Of a stretch of 64,000 bases of DNA, positions 40,121 to 49,909 are shown piece after piece. Where the stretch lies: positions 26,938 to 90,937 of the forward strand of contig JAYTOU010000052.1 in NCBI GenBank assembly GCA_043747615.1. Reading direction: 5' to 3'. The stretch is from Myxococcales bacterium (GTDB lineage: Bacteria > Myxococcota_A > Polyangia > Polyangiales > Polyangiaceae). How positions within the stretch are numbered: the stretch's first letter is position 1; each line of letters begins with the position of its first letter. The notes beneath the pieces are model-generated. The model was not told the DNA's origin and made no database searches. It saw only the letters and a program-made list of their open reading frames with translations. Position numbers and translations under genes: made by a program.

Positions 40121-40954
40121 CTAGTAGAGAAGCGCCGCCAGGACGGCGACGACCACCGCTACGGCGGCAAATCCGGTGGCACCGATCGCCGCAATGTAGG
40201 AAGTGCGCACCGCACGGTCGGCACTACCTCCGTGAAGTCCGTAGGCCCCGCGCAAGAACGCCCGAGCGCTTCGCGTGGGAAGACCGGAGGCCATGGCCGG
40301 CACCTGAAACGCCGAGAAAAAGCCCTCGTTGAGAGCGATCATGAGCGTCCCCACGGGGCCGATCACGAGATCCCAGCCGGTGGCATAGAGGCCGAAGCGA
40401 AGCGCACGCGAGCGCTGCGACGGGAGACCGCCGCGGACCGCGCCGATGTCGAGGGCGACTCCGTGAGCGGCGTGAGCGAGCACGAGGATGGCCGCAAAAG
40501 CCGGGATGCCGACGAGAAGCGCACGAAACGCGGCGCCGCTGAGGATGACCTCTTTCGTCCAGTGGGGAGCGCCGATCACCACGAACGGAAGGAAAAGGAG
40601 GAGGGTGAATGCGGTGGCGATGAGCTCGCTCACGATCGCGAAGCGCAGAGCGGGTGCGATCGGTCCGTCCGGGAGCGCTTCGAAGAACAGCTCGGGGTCG
40701 CGTGTGGTCGCCCGCGCCGTCAGCCAAAGGCGGCGAGAGAGCGTCGCGTCGCTTCGCTCCCAGGCGATGATGGCAATGACTCCCGAACGCGAGTACTCGC
40801 CGTCGCACCCCAGGCACTCCGCGGAACCGCAACGCGCGCATACGACCGCCGCCGGCACGTCGACCTGATCGAGCAGGTCATCGAGCTCGACCGGATTCTT
40901 TCGGGGCGCACCCATCACCGAAAAATTGTGGACCAATTTTCGGCGCTGCGCCAC
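40121..40954 (-). CDS. Hypothetical membrane protein with N-terminal zinc-finger-like Cys cluster
   Basis: CARCGSAECLGC, then about five TM helices; alternative start ATG 40915. Confidence 0.68.
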   Translation of the reverse strand: MAQRRKLVHNFSVMGAPRKNPVELDDLLDQVDVPAAVVCARCGSAECLGCDGEYSRSGVIAIIAWERSDATLSRRLWLTARATTRDPELFFEALPDGPIAPALRFAIVSELIATAFTLLLFLPFVVIGAPHWTKEVILSGAAFRALLVGIPAFAAILVLAHAAHGVALDIGAVRGGLPSQRSRALRFGLYATGWDLVIGPVGTLMIALNEGFFSAFQVPAMASGLPTRSARAFLRGAYGLHGGSADRAVRTSYIAAIGATGFAAVAVVVAVLAALLY

Positions 40955-40963
40955 GCGGGTGCG

Positions 40964-41575
40964 TCAGTGGACGCTTTGCCCCACCGAAGTACCGCGGGAC
41001 ACGTGGATATCGTCGATGCGCCCGCCGAGCCTGAGCGACCACGCCGTCGCCACGAGCGAGACGCACAGGCTCGCCCAGATCGCCCACCCGTACTCGAAGC
41101 GCAGAGGAACGATGCCGCCGTGCGGAGGGCGCGCGAGGAGAATGGCTATGGTGACCGCGGGAACCGAGCTTAGAAATGCGGCGGCGGCGCGAGCCCCGCG
41201 CATCTGCACGATGCTGCGGCGGCTGAGCACCGTGGGAACGAGCACTACCCAGGCCACGGCGGCGCCCCACGTCCAACCGAGTCGGCGAGCCAGCGAGAAG
41301 CCGGTGAGCTCGACCGTGTCCGGGAGCGTCACGTGGATCCACGTCAGCGAAAAAAAGAAGAGCCCAGCGACGGCAAGGATCGCCAGCGCGCCTTTTCCGC
41401 GGCGGAGGTACGTCGGGGGGAGGAGCTCGTGCTCGGGAGCGACGGGAGCGTCGTCGGCGTCGTGCGACGGGGGAAGCTTCTCGAACGGCGTGAGCGCAAC
41501 GCCGCAGATGGGGCAGGCGGACTCCTCACCCTCCGTGAACATCTCGCGACAAAATGGGCAGGCGACAATCGCCAT
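40964..41575 (-). CDS. Hypothetical membrane protein with N-terminal zinc ribbon
   Basis: CPFC-x10-CPIC, then about four TM helices; alternative start 41596. Confidence 0.7.
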   Translation of the reverse strand: MAIVACPFCREMFTEGEESACPICGVALTPFEKLPPSHDADDAPVAPEHELLPPTYLRRGKGALAILAVAGLFFFSLTWIHVTLPDTVELTGFSLARRLGWTWGAAVAWVVLVPTVLSRRSIVQMRGARAAAAFLSSVPAVTIAILLARPPHGGIVPLRFEYGWAIWASLCVSLVATAWSLRLGGRIDDIHVSRGTSVGQSVH

Positions 41576-41665
41576 GGCGACAGCAGCATAACTCATGCGT
41601 CGAGGTGACAGCGGTGGCGCGTCGGAAGTTTCCGGCTGCGTCCGTTTTGGTGGCAATCTCGGGAG

Positions 41666-41959
41666 GTGACCCGCCCAACCAAGCTCCCACCCGCAGCCGT
41701 TCAAACCTGGCTCAACGCTCATTCCGGATGGGAGCTCCCGTCCGAAACGACGCTTGCTCGTTCGTTCAAGTTCAAGGATTTTTCGGAGGCGCTCGGCTTT
41801 GTGGTCCGGGTGGGGCTCGTCGCTGAAAAGCGCGATCATCATCCCGACGTCGAGCTCGGCTACGGCAAAGCGCGCGTTGTGTGGAGCACGCACGACGCGG
41901 GCGGGATCACCTCCCTCGATCTGGAGCTCGCAGAATCGACCGACAAGCTCGCTAAATGA
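41666..41959 (+). CDS. phhB: Pterin-4-alpha-carbinolamine dehydratase
   Basis: FKFKDF, AEKRDHHPD, STHDAGGIT; GGGAG SD. Confidence 0.93.
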   Translation: MTRPTKLPPAAVQTWLNAHSGWELPSETTLARSFKFKDFSEALGFVVRVGLVAEKRDHHPDVELGYGKARVVWSTHDAGGITSLDLELAESTDKLAK

Positions 41960-42687
41960 AGGACAAGCACGTCCTCGAGGCGCGCGCGCGGCTGACCGTT
42001 TGGTTGCGCGAAACGCTGGGGGAAGGCACCGAGATCCCGCGCTTCGAAGAGGCGCTCACCCATCCGAGCTACGCGAACGAGGTGCGCGCTGCCGACAACC
42101 AGCGCCTCGAGTTCTTGGGGGACGCGGTGCTCGGACTCTGCGTGAGTGAAATTCTTTCGACCACGTTTCCGGAGGCCAACGAAGGCGAGCTCACCTTGAC
42201 CCGGAGCGCGCTCGTGAACGCCGAAGCCCTGGCCGACTGGGCGCGATCGATTTCCTTGGGAGCGTGCGTGGCGCTCGGTCGCGGAGCAGATGCCGGCGGA
42301 GAGCGTGACCAGACGAACGTGCTCGGAGACGCGGTGGAGGCCATGATCGCCGCGGTGTACGAAGCGCGGGGGCTCGCAGGCGCGCGTACCCTGGTGCGCG
42401 AGATCATTCGCGCAGCCCTCGAAGCCCGGGAAAAACTGGGCAATCGTGACCCGAAGAGCGCGCTCCAAGAGTACGTGCAAGCGCACGGCGAGCCGACGCC
42501 GTCCTACCGGGTCATCGAGTCGCGCGGTCCGCGTCATGAGCCAATCTTCGCTGTCGAGGTGCTGGTCGGCGAGCGCGTGCTCGGAAAGGGCGAAGGTCGT
42601 TCGAAGCGTTTGGCGGAGCGTGCAGCGGCGACAGAAGCCCTGAGCGCGCTCGCGGCAACGTCTACTTCTTCGGAGGCGGAGCGTTGA
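41956..42687 (+). CDS. rnc: Ribonuclease III
   Basis: ALTHPS, NQRLEFLGDAVL, dsRBD DPKSALQE...GRSKRLAERAAA. Confidence 0.96.
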   Translation: MKDKHVLEARARLTVWLRETLGEGTEIPRFEEALTHPSYANEVRAADNQRLEFLGDAVLGLCVSEILSTTFPEANEGELTLTRSALVNAEALADWARSISLGACVALGRGADAGGERDQTNVLGDAVEAMIAAVYEARGLAGARTLVREIIRAALEAREKLGNRDPKSALQEYVQAHGEPTPSYRVIESRGPRHEPIFAVEVLVGERVLGKGEGRSKRLAERAAATEALSALAATSTSSEAER

Positions 42688-43657
42688 GCGGTGCGACTTG
42701 CCCCGGCCGGCGACGCGGCACCACCATGCCATCGCTCTGCGAGACGTCGATCGCCGTGAGCAACGCTTCGTTCACGTCCTTCGCGTCTCGTGCGCGCAGC
42801 TCGTCGAGAAGCTTCTTGTTCGCCTCCTCGATGCGCTCGCGGTAGAGCGTGTCGCGGATCTGAGCGTCTACTTCCTGGAGGCTGCGGTGCGTCGCGCCAA
42901 CGGTGCCGCGGTGCCAGACCACGGCGAAATTCCCTTTTTCTTCGACGGGCGTGGCAACGAACTCTCCGTCTTTCACGGTGGCTGCCGCCGCGACGATCGC
43001 GGGATCGACGGTCAGCCCGGCTTCGTTCGATGCACCTTCGCGGGTCACGAAGCCGAGATTACCGCCGCGCATGAGAGTCGCTTTGTCGAGGCTGTGATCG
43101 CGGGCGAGCGCCTGAAAAATCGGAATGGTCGATTCTTTTTTGGCGGCTGCGAGAACGGCGACGGCCTCTTCGCGCGTTTTGCAGAGGATGCGCCACACGC
43201 TGAAACGCTCGGGCGAGTCGTAGCGGGCGCGGTTGTCCTCATAATATTTTTTTACGTCGCCTGCAGGGATGCTCTCGGCCGGTGCGGCCTTGGCGCGGAG
43301 TGCCCTGAGGGTTGCGTTCGAGCGCGCGCGGGCCAGGGCTTGGGCAGTGGTCAGCTGCTGATCGAGATGACGGGCCTCGGCGCCGGCCGACAGGAGCACC
43401 TCGTGAACGATGACTTCATCCAGGAATTTACGGCGGATCACGTCGGGTGAGTTGCCGAACGCCGTGAGCTGGTAACGCGGCACCGCGGCGAGGCGATCCT
43501 CGAGCTCACCGGCCGTCACCACCCGCGCACCGACCTTCGCTACCACTGAAGCGCGGCGCGCTGTCTCCGTTGCGTCTTGGTCGCCGAATAGGCGCGGTAC
43601 GACCACCGTCACCAGGGACGCCGAAAGGAGGCCGGCAAAGAGAGCTCGCGTGCGCAA
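42662..43657 (-). CDS. PpiC-type peptidyl-prolyl isomerase (PrsA/SurA-like)
   Basis: VVAKVG...ITAGEL-like N-domain; RILC, FQALARDHSLD...GGNLGF parvulin core. Confidence 0.85.
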   Translation of the reverse strand: MRTRALFAGLLSASLVTVVVPRLFGDQDATETARRASVVAKVGARVVTAGELEDRLAAVPRYQLTAFGNSPDVIRRKFLDEVIVHEVLLSAGAEARHLDQQLTTAQALARARSNATLRALRAKAAPAESIPAGDVKKYYEDNRARYDSPERFSVWRILCKTREEAVAVLAAAKKESTIPIFQALARDHSLDKATLMRGGNLGFVTREGASNEAGLTVDPAIVAAAATVKDGEFVATPVEEKGNFAVVWHRGTVGATHRSLQEVDAQIRDTLYRERIEEANKKLLDELRARDAKDVNEALLTAIDVSQSDGMVVPRRRPGQVAPLNAPPPKK

Positions 43658-43725
43658 AGGAACGACAGAGAGTTAGGCCAATTCGCAGAGAGGCGCCACC
43701 CCAGGCGACCGTCAAGAGGGGCGGG

Positions 43726-44199
43726 CTAGCGCTTTTTTGGACGGCGCTTCGGGCCGTCTTCGCCAATTACTCCGGCGCTGCGCAGGACGTCCTCGCCAAT
43801 GCCGACGAAGCGGTACGTCTCGGGACGAAAGCCGTACGCCTTGTGCAGACGCTCGACCACGTCGACCACGGAATCGGCGGGAAGCGCTGATTTTCGGACC
43901 TTGGAGACTTTGCGAATCGAGCTGAGAGGCTCGCCAAGCTCGAGCAGCTCCTGAACACGCTGGAGAATGTCGAGCGGCTTTAGCTCGCGCGCGCCGCGGG
44001 CAGTGCCGTTTTCGAGCTCGCGCAGGAGGCGCTGACGTCGTTTCTCGGTACGGCCATCGAGCTTGTTTGCGGCTAGACCGCGCCCACCGAGGACGTCGTT
44101 GAAGATGCGCGCCGCTTTGCGCTTCTCGATGGCCTCCGGGCTTCCGCGACGGTTGGCCGGACGAGCTGCTTTTCCTGCGCCTGTTCTGACTTTTGCCAT
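43726..44199 (-). CDS. Highly basic hypothetical cytoplasmic protein
   Basis: 157 aa, Arg/Lys-rich termini; has its own near-consensus promoter. Confidence 0.75.
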   Translation of the reverse strand: MAKVRTGAGKAARPANRRGSPEAIEKRKAARIFNDVLGGRGLAANKLDGRTEKRRQRLLRELENGTARGARELKPLDILQRVQELLELGEPLSSIRKVSKVRKSALPADSVVDVVERLHKAYGFRPETYRFVGIGEDVLRSAGVIGEDGPKRRPKKR

Positions 44200-44236
44200 C
44201 GTTTACCCTACGCGTTCAGACGTTGAAAACTCGGGA

Positions 44237-44265
44237 ACGCTAATCTGATCAAAGGGCAATGTCAA
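44237..44265 (-). promoter_or_regulatory. Near-consensus sigma70 promoter
   Basis: Minus strand TTGACA (44265-44260), 17 nt spacer, TAGCGT (44242-44237). Confidence 0.7.
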
Positions 44266-44274
44266 ACATGGTAC

Positions 44275-45534
44275 TTAGTCGGTTCCGCGCGTCATCGTGA
44301 GCAGAATCGTGACCAGAACGAGGATGAGCCAAAGAGGCCAGGTTCGCCGCATGAAGAGCGTGATGTCGACGCCCAAAGCCCGGATCTCACCGGTGGCGAG
44401 GGCGCGCTTGCCGACGAGGCGAACGCGCTCGCGATCAATCTCCTCGCGCTCTTCGTCGTCGACCGGATCGTCGCCACAGAGGTGACCACGGTGATGCTCG
44501 TACTCGTGCTCCACCGTTTCACGAAGCTCGTCTTCCCATTCGTACGGTCCGTCTTCCAGCCACACGGCGCGAAATGTGCTGTAAAATACGGCTATTTCGG
44601 GAGGGCGAGAGAGAGCGCCACCTTCGCCGGTGCTCGGCGGAACGTACGAGCCGAGGAGCGGATCACCACCTTCGTCGCACGCGGCGACACCACCTTCGAC
44701 CAAGAAGGCGAAATCTTCTTCGTCGCTTGGCGGGAGAATCGCGTAGGCAATCTCGCGAGCCCGATCGGCGAATGCCTCGAACCCGACAAAAGGTTCGTCG
44801 TTTGATGACCCTCGCTCTTCTAGCTCCGAATCTTCGTCATCGAAGGCAAATTCTCGGTCGTACGGCGCATCGACATCGTTGCGTGCTCCGCAGGCCGGGC
44901 AGCGGGCGATGGAAAAAAGCCTGAGCGAATAGTTTACCGAAAGAAACAGGTTTGTCAGTGCCCCCCACGTGCGGGTCGAGGAGCGCGTGAGAAGTCTGGC
45001 AATCGCCTTCGGATCCCGCGCTTCGCCGATCTGCGCGATGCCCATGGCGCGCACCATCGCCGGCCGCAGAAGAGGGCGCGCTCGAAGTGGCCCACCGGAC
45101 CGAGCGAGAGCGGCGTGGAGGGGGAGCGCATCCTCGACGGTGACCCTGGTGAGGCGCACCTCTCCAAGCCCCGGGACAGCGTGGACTTTGGTGAGATCGA
45201 GCGCCTGATCAAGCTCCGGATCGTTGAGCGCGCACTCCTCGAAGGGGCCGGTCTCGAGCGCAGCGCAGGGAGAATGGACGAGCACCTCGTCGCAGTTTCG
45301 GCAGGGGATGCTCAGCGTCTCTTCAGGCAAGAATCCTTGCTTCGTGGCCACCGCCCGGAGCGCGTGAAAATCCCGGAGCTCGAGAGAGCTGAGCTCAACC
45401 GGCCTTCTTTTCTCGGTGATCGTGCACGTCTCGAAGAGCCGACGCGCTGACGAAAAGAGCGAGACCTCGTCCGGCTCCCCTACCCTCCTAAGCTGGAGCT
45501 CAATGATCCGGTGGCTCGGCAGCTCGAGTTTCAT
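44275..45534 (-). CDS. Zincin-like metallopeptidase with two N-terminal CxxC repeats and a C-terminal TM anchor
   Basis: CRNC and CPAC; LLGSY...IAVFYSTF...LRETVEHEYEHH; C-terminal hydrophobic helix; ATGA overlap with the transporter gene. Confidence 0.75.
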   Translation of the reverse strand: MKLELPSHRIIELQLRRVGEPDEVSLFSSARRLFETCTITEKRRPVELSSLELRDFHALRAVATKQGFLPEETLSIPCRNCDEVLVHSPCAALETGPFEECALNDPELDQALDLTKVHAVPGLGEVRLTRVTVEDALPLHAALARSGGPLRARPLLRPAMVRAMGIAQIGEARDPKAIARLLTRSSTRTWGALTNLFLSVNYSLRLFSIARCPACGARNDVDAPYDREFAFDDEDSELEERGSSNDEPFVGFEAFADRAREIAYAILPPSDEEDFAFLVEGGVAACDEGGDPLLGSYVPPSTGEGGALSRPPEIAVFYSTFRAVWLEDGPYEWEDELRETVEHEYEHHRGHLCGDDPVDDEEREEIDRERVRLVGKRALATGEIRALGVDITLFMRRTWPLWLILVLVTILLTMTRGTD

Positions 45535-46286
45535 TCTCGGCGCTCGTGCGCCTCCGGGTGAAGGGAGAGAAAGCGAACGATGCTGCCGTGGGCGAGGTAG
45601 ACGAGCGGCGTCAGGCAAAGGGCCACGACGACCTTGAAGCCATACTCACGCCCGATCTTCGCGAAGATCCATCCCCAGCGCTCTTGGGCCGAGAGCTGAC
45701 CCAGAAACGAAGCCGGATCCTTCGACGCGCTCCAGCTCCAGAAGATGACGTTGATGATCACGGTGTCGGCGATCTGGCTGAGCACCGTGGAACCGGTGGC
45801 GCGGAGCCAGAGATGGCGCGAGCGTGTGAGGGCCTTCCAGAATTGGAAGACTTGGATGTCGAGGTACTGCCCTACGAGGTAGGCGACCATCGAGGCGATG
45901 AAGAGCTGAGAGCTCCCGCCGAACACTTTCGCGAACTCGGTCTGCGTGAAGTACGTCGAGCGATCCGGCGTGAGCCACGTGGAGAGCTGAAGAACGGCAT
46001 AGGCGAGGGTCGCCATCCAGAAGCCGAGCATGGTGAGAAAGCGCGCACCTCGTCGGCCGTAGAAATCGTTCACGACGTCGGTCAGGAGGAAGGTCACCGG
46101 AAACGGCAGAATGCCGACCGAGATGGGGCCGAGAGCCGTAGAGATTGTTTTTCCGCCGATGACGTCTCCCAGGAGAAGGCAAGAGACGAAAGTCGCGGCG
46201 AGGTAAACGAAAAGTTTTTGCGAAGCGTCGAGCCTGGAAAACGGAGGGACGACGACTGCAGATGATTCAAGGGCCGGAGGGGTCAC
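45531..46286 (-). CDS. Queuosine precursor transporter (YhhQ/Vut_1 family)
   Basis: GILPFPVTFLLTDVVNDFYG, ASMVAYLVGQYLD, HLWLRATGSTVLSQIADT. Confidence 0.9.
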   Translation of the reverse strand: MTPPALESSAVVVPPFSRLDASQKLFVYLAATFVSCLLLGDVIGGKTISTALGPISVGILPFPVTFLLTDVVNDFYGRRGARFLTMLGFWMATLAYAVLQLSTWLTPDRSTYFTQTEFAKVFGGSSQLFIASMVAYLVGQYLDIQVFQFWKALTRSRHLWLRATGSTVLSQIADTVIINVIFWSWSASKDPASFLGQLSAQERWGWIFAKIGREYGFKVVVALCLTPLVYLAHGSIVRFLSLHPEAHERRE

Positions 46287-46313
46287 GGCGGGATGATAGT
46301 ATGTTGGGTCCAG

Positions 46314-47819
46314 ATGGCGGAACCTGCTCCCACATCGACGCCCATCGGCGAGCCCCACAAGGGAGACGTGATCGCCGGCAAATACTTGGTGGAGCGAGTG
46401 ATCGCCGAGGGCGGCATGGGGGTCGTCGTCGAGGCCGTGCACCTCACGCTGGGCCGCCGGGTGGCGGTGAAGCTGATGTTGCCGGAGGCGATGGAGCTTC
46501 CGAACGCAGTCGAACGCTTCCAGCGAGAAGCCCAGGCCGCGGCGCAACTCCAGAGCGAGCACGTCGTCCGCATCATCGACGTCGGGTCGCGCGAGGACGG
46601 CTCGCCCTACATGGTGATGGAGTACCTGGAGGGGACCGATCTCGGCGACCTCGTCGGCCCAGAGAAAACGCCGCTGCCGATCGAGCTCGCCGTCGACTAC
46701 GTGCTCCAAGCCTGCGAGGGCATGGCCGAGGCCCACAAGAACGGCGTGGTCCATCGTGATCTCAAACCCAGCAATCTCTTTCTGATCAAACGCGACGACG
46801 GGTCACCGTGCGTCAAAGTGCTCGACTTCGGGATCTCGAAATTCTCCGGACGCGACGAAATGGGGCGCGAGCAAGGCGGTCTCACGGCGACGCGGGCCAT
46901 GATGGGCTCCCCGTTTTACATGTCGCCCGAGCAGCTGCGGAGCGCGAAGAACGTCGATCGCAGGACGGACATCTGGTCGCTCGGCGTCATCCTCCACGAG
47001 CTCCTCACGGGCGCTCCGCCCTTCGAGGGGGAGACTGCGGGCGCGGTGTGCGCCATGGTCGCCGCCGATCCCCCCGTGCCTCTTTGCTGGGTGCGCGCGG
47101 AGGCGCCTCCCGAGCTCGAGGCGGTGATTCTGCGCTGTCTCGAGAAGGAGCCCGAGAAGCGCTTCCAAGACGTGAGCGAGCTTGCGAATGCGCTCATCCC
47201 GTTCTCTTCCAAAGGTGGGAAAAACGCGGCGGATCGCATCGCGAAATCACTGGGCGATGCTTCGCAGATGCCCACGCTCTTTGCCGCGCCCGTGAAGCTT
47301 TATCCGTCGCGTCCGCCGCCTAGCGTGGCGCTCACGAGGACCGCGGTCGAGTCGCCGGGCGCGCGCACGCCGCTCGAAGCGGAGCGCGACGAGGAGCCTT
47401 CGACGAAGAAAGAGAAAAAGAGAGAGAAGAAGAAAGGCGGGAGCGGCTTCTTCGCCTTGTTGATGCTCGGCGTCGTGGGTTACGGCGTTTGGACGTTTCG
47501 CGCGCAGCTGAGGACGAGCGCGACCGCCTACATCCAAGCCAATACGAACCTTACCCCCGCACCGTCGGTCGAGACCGTCGAAGCAGGGGTGGCGCCGATC
47601 GCCAGCGTGCCGGATGCGGCTGTCGCGACCAGCATTGCCGCCGCGCTCGGAGTGGCAGACGACGCCGGCATTAACGACGCAGCCAGCGATGCGGACGCAG
47701 CGGACGACGAAGATTCCCTCGATGATGCGGGTCCGGCGGCAACCCCGGCCCACGCGACGACGCCCCACCACCCCGGCAAGCCCCGTGTTCCTCCGCGGCA
47801 CCGGCGACCGAAGAAATAG
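46314..47819 (+). CDS. Hanks-type Ser/Thr protein kinase, membrane-anchored
   Basis: AEGGMGVV, VAVK, HRDLKPSN, DFG, GSPFYMSPEQ; TM helix; low-complexity tail. Confidence 0.95.
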   Translation: MAEPAPTSTPIGEPHKGDVIAGKYLVERVIAEGGMGVVVEAVHLTLGRRVAVKLMLPEAMELPNAVERFQREAQAAAQLQSEHVVRIIDVGSREDGSPYMVMEYLEGTDLGDLVGPEKTPLPIELAVDYVLQACEGMAEAHKNGVVHRDLKPSNLFLIKRDDGSPCVKVLDFGISKFSGRDEMGREQGGLTATRAMMGSPFYMSPEQLRSAKNVDRRTDIWSLGVILHELLTGAPPFEGETAGAVCAMVAADPPVPLCWVRAEAPPELEAVILRCLEKEPEKRFQDVSELANALIPFSSKGGKNAADRIAKSLGDASQMPTLFAAPVKLYPSRPPPSVALTRTAVESPGARTPLEAERDEEPSTKKEKKREKKKGGSGFFALLMLGVVGYGVWTFRAQLRTSATAYIQANTNLTPAPSVETVEAGVAPIASVPDAAVATSIAAALGVADDAGINDAASDADAADDEDSLDDAGPAATPAHATTPHHPGKPRVPPRHRRPKK

Positions 47820-47912
47820 GCTGAACCGTCTGTGACGAACCTGTCATAATTTCGGTCCGAGCTGCGAAATGCTCGCGCTCCGGAGCGAATTCCGCGATTT
47901 GGAAATCTCCAT

Positions 47913-49901
47913 ATGTCCGTCTACCCCGCGAGCAAAGAATCTCCGCCCCCGTCGAGCAAAGAGACCCTCGGTCGAAGGACCGGTCGCCACGCCACGCCAC
48001 CCGCGTGGACGGTCGACGACGCCCGCGAGCTCTACATGGTGGAGCGTTGGGGCAACGACTACTTCGCGATCGACGACAGCGGGAAGCTGACCGCGGCCCC
48101 CCGCGGCGCGTCCGGGCGCAGGATCGCGATTCAAGACGTGGTCGAGGCGGCGATCAAGGACGAGGGGCTAAAGACGCCGCTCATCATCCGCTTCCAGGAC
48201 ATTTTGCATCACCGCGTCCGCGTCCTCAACGACGCCTTCAACCGCGCAATCGAGGAGAATAATTTCCGCGGAAGCTACCGCGGTGTCTTCCCGATCAAGG
48301 TCAATCAGCTGCGGGAGGTCGTCGAAGAGATCATCGAAGCGGGCAAGCCATTTCACTACGGCATCGAAGTCGGCTCGAAACCGGAGATGTGCGCGGGGCT
48401 CGCGGTCCACACCGACAACGAATCGCTCATCGTCTGCAATGGCTACAAGGACGATGCGTTCATCCGCACCGCGCTCCTCGGAACGAAGCTCGGCAAGAAG
48501 GTAATCCTCATTGCCGAGAAGCTCTCCGAAGTGCGAGCCATCGTGCGCATCGCCAAAGAGATGGCGGTCGAGCCGGCGATCGGCGTGCGCGTCCGCTTGG
48601 TCACGCGCGGCGCAGGAAAATGGGCTGAGTCGGGGGGCGAGAACGCAAAGTTCGGACTGTCGACCGCGGAGATTCTCGAGGCGGCAAAGGTGCTCCGCGA
48701 CGCGGGCATGGCCAACGCATTCAAGCTCGTCCACTTCCACATCGGCTCGCAGGTCCCGGACATCTTGATCATCAAGCGCGCGGTGCGCGAAGCCGCCCGT
48801 TACTACGCGAAGCTCCGTCGCGCTGGGCATCCCATCGAATACCTCGACGTGGGCGGCGGTCTGGCCATCGACTACGACGGCACGCGCTCGAATACCCACG
48901 CCTCGATGAACTACAGCGTCGAAGAGTACGCGCGCGACGTCGTCTGGAACATCGCCGACATCTGCGACGAAGAGAAGGTGCCGCATCCGCACATCATCTC
49001 CGAGTCCGGCCGGGCGATCGTCGCCCACCATGCTGTCCTGGTGGTCGAAGCGTTCGGCACGATCGACCGCGCTGCGGAGGCCGAGGTCGACGCAGCGATC
49101 GCGCACAAGCTCGTCGCCAGCGTGATCGAAATCGCGAGCAATCTGAGCACGAGCAACCTCGGCGAGTCGTGGCACGATCTCCTTCAAATCAAGGAGCAAT
49201 CGCAGAAGATGTTCGAGCTCGGACTTCTCGAGCTGGACGTTAAAGGCTGCTTCGAGACGCTCTTCTGGCAGGCGACCGCGCGGATCCGAGCGCTCGTCGC
49301 GACGCTCGATGATGGCGAGGTGCCCGATGATCTAGCCGACATCGAGCACGAGCTCGCCAGCCAGCACATTTGCAATTTTTCGGTCTTCCAGTCGCTCCTC
49401 GATCACTGGGCTTTTGGAGCGCTGTTTCCGGTCGCGCCGCTGCATCGACTCGATGAGCGCCCGACGCTCGAGAGCTCGCTCGTCGACATCACCTGCGACT
49501 CCGACGGGAAGGTCGCCAAATTCATTGATCGTGATCACGAGAAAAGCTCGATCATGCTGCATGCGATCGACAAGGGCCCGTACCACATCGGGATCTTCTT
49601 AATCGGCGCCTACCAAGACATCATGGGCGACATCCACAACCTGCTCGGGCGGGTGAACGAGGTCCACGTCTTTCTCGATGACGAGGAAGAGTGCGGCTAC
49701 TACCTCGAGGAAACGATCGCCGGAAATACGATTTCCGAGGTGCTCCGAATGACCCAGTACGAACCCCACGATCTCGCCGCCAAGATGAAGGCGCAGGTCG
49801 ACGCCGGGATCAAGCAAGGCCGGTTGAAGCCGACCGAGGGCATGCGTCTCCTCGCGGAATACGAGCGTGGGCTCAAGGATCAGACCTACCTTAGTCTGTA
49901 G
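47913..49901 (+). CDS. speA: Biosynthetic arginine decarboxylase
   Basis: FPIKVNQ (PLP Lys), HFHIGSQ, SESGRA, DITCDSDG, GAYQDIMG. Confidence 0.96.
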   Translation: MSVYPASKESPPPSSKETLGRRTGRHATPPAWTVDDARELYMVERWGNDYFAIDDSGKLTAAPRGASGRRIAIQDVVEAAIKDEGLKTPLIIRFQDILHHRVRVLNDAFNRAIEENNFRGSYRGVFPIKVNQLREVVEEIIEAGKPFHYGIEVGSKPEMCAGLAVHTDNESLIVCNGYKDDAFIRTALLGTKLGKKVILIAEKLSEVRAIVRIAKEMAVEPAIGVRVRLVTRGAGKWAESGGENAKFGLSTAEILEAAKVLRDAGMANAFKLVHFHIGSQVPDILIIKRAVREAARYYAKLRRAGHPIEYLDVGGGLAIDYDGTRSNTHASMNYSVEEYARDVVWNIADICDEEKVPHPHIISESGRAIVAHHAVLVVEAFGTIDRAAEAEVDAAIAHKLVASVIEIASNLSTSNLGESWHDLLQIKEQSQKMFELGLLELDVKGCFETLFWQATARIRALVATLDDGEVPDDLADIEHELASQHICNFSVFQSLLDHWAFGALFPVAPLHRLDERPTLESSLVDITCDSDGKVAKFIDRDHEKSSIMLHAIDKGPYHIGIFLIGAYQDIMGDIHNLLGRVNEVHVFLDDEEECGYYLEETIAGNTISEVLRMTQYEPHDLAAKMKAQVDAGIKQGRLKPTEGMRLLAEYERGLKDQTYLSL

Positions 49902-49909
49902 TCCGCGCT

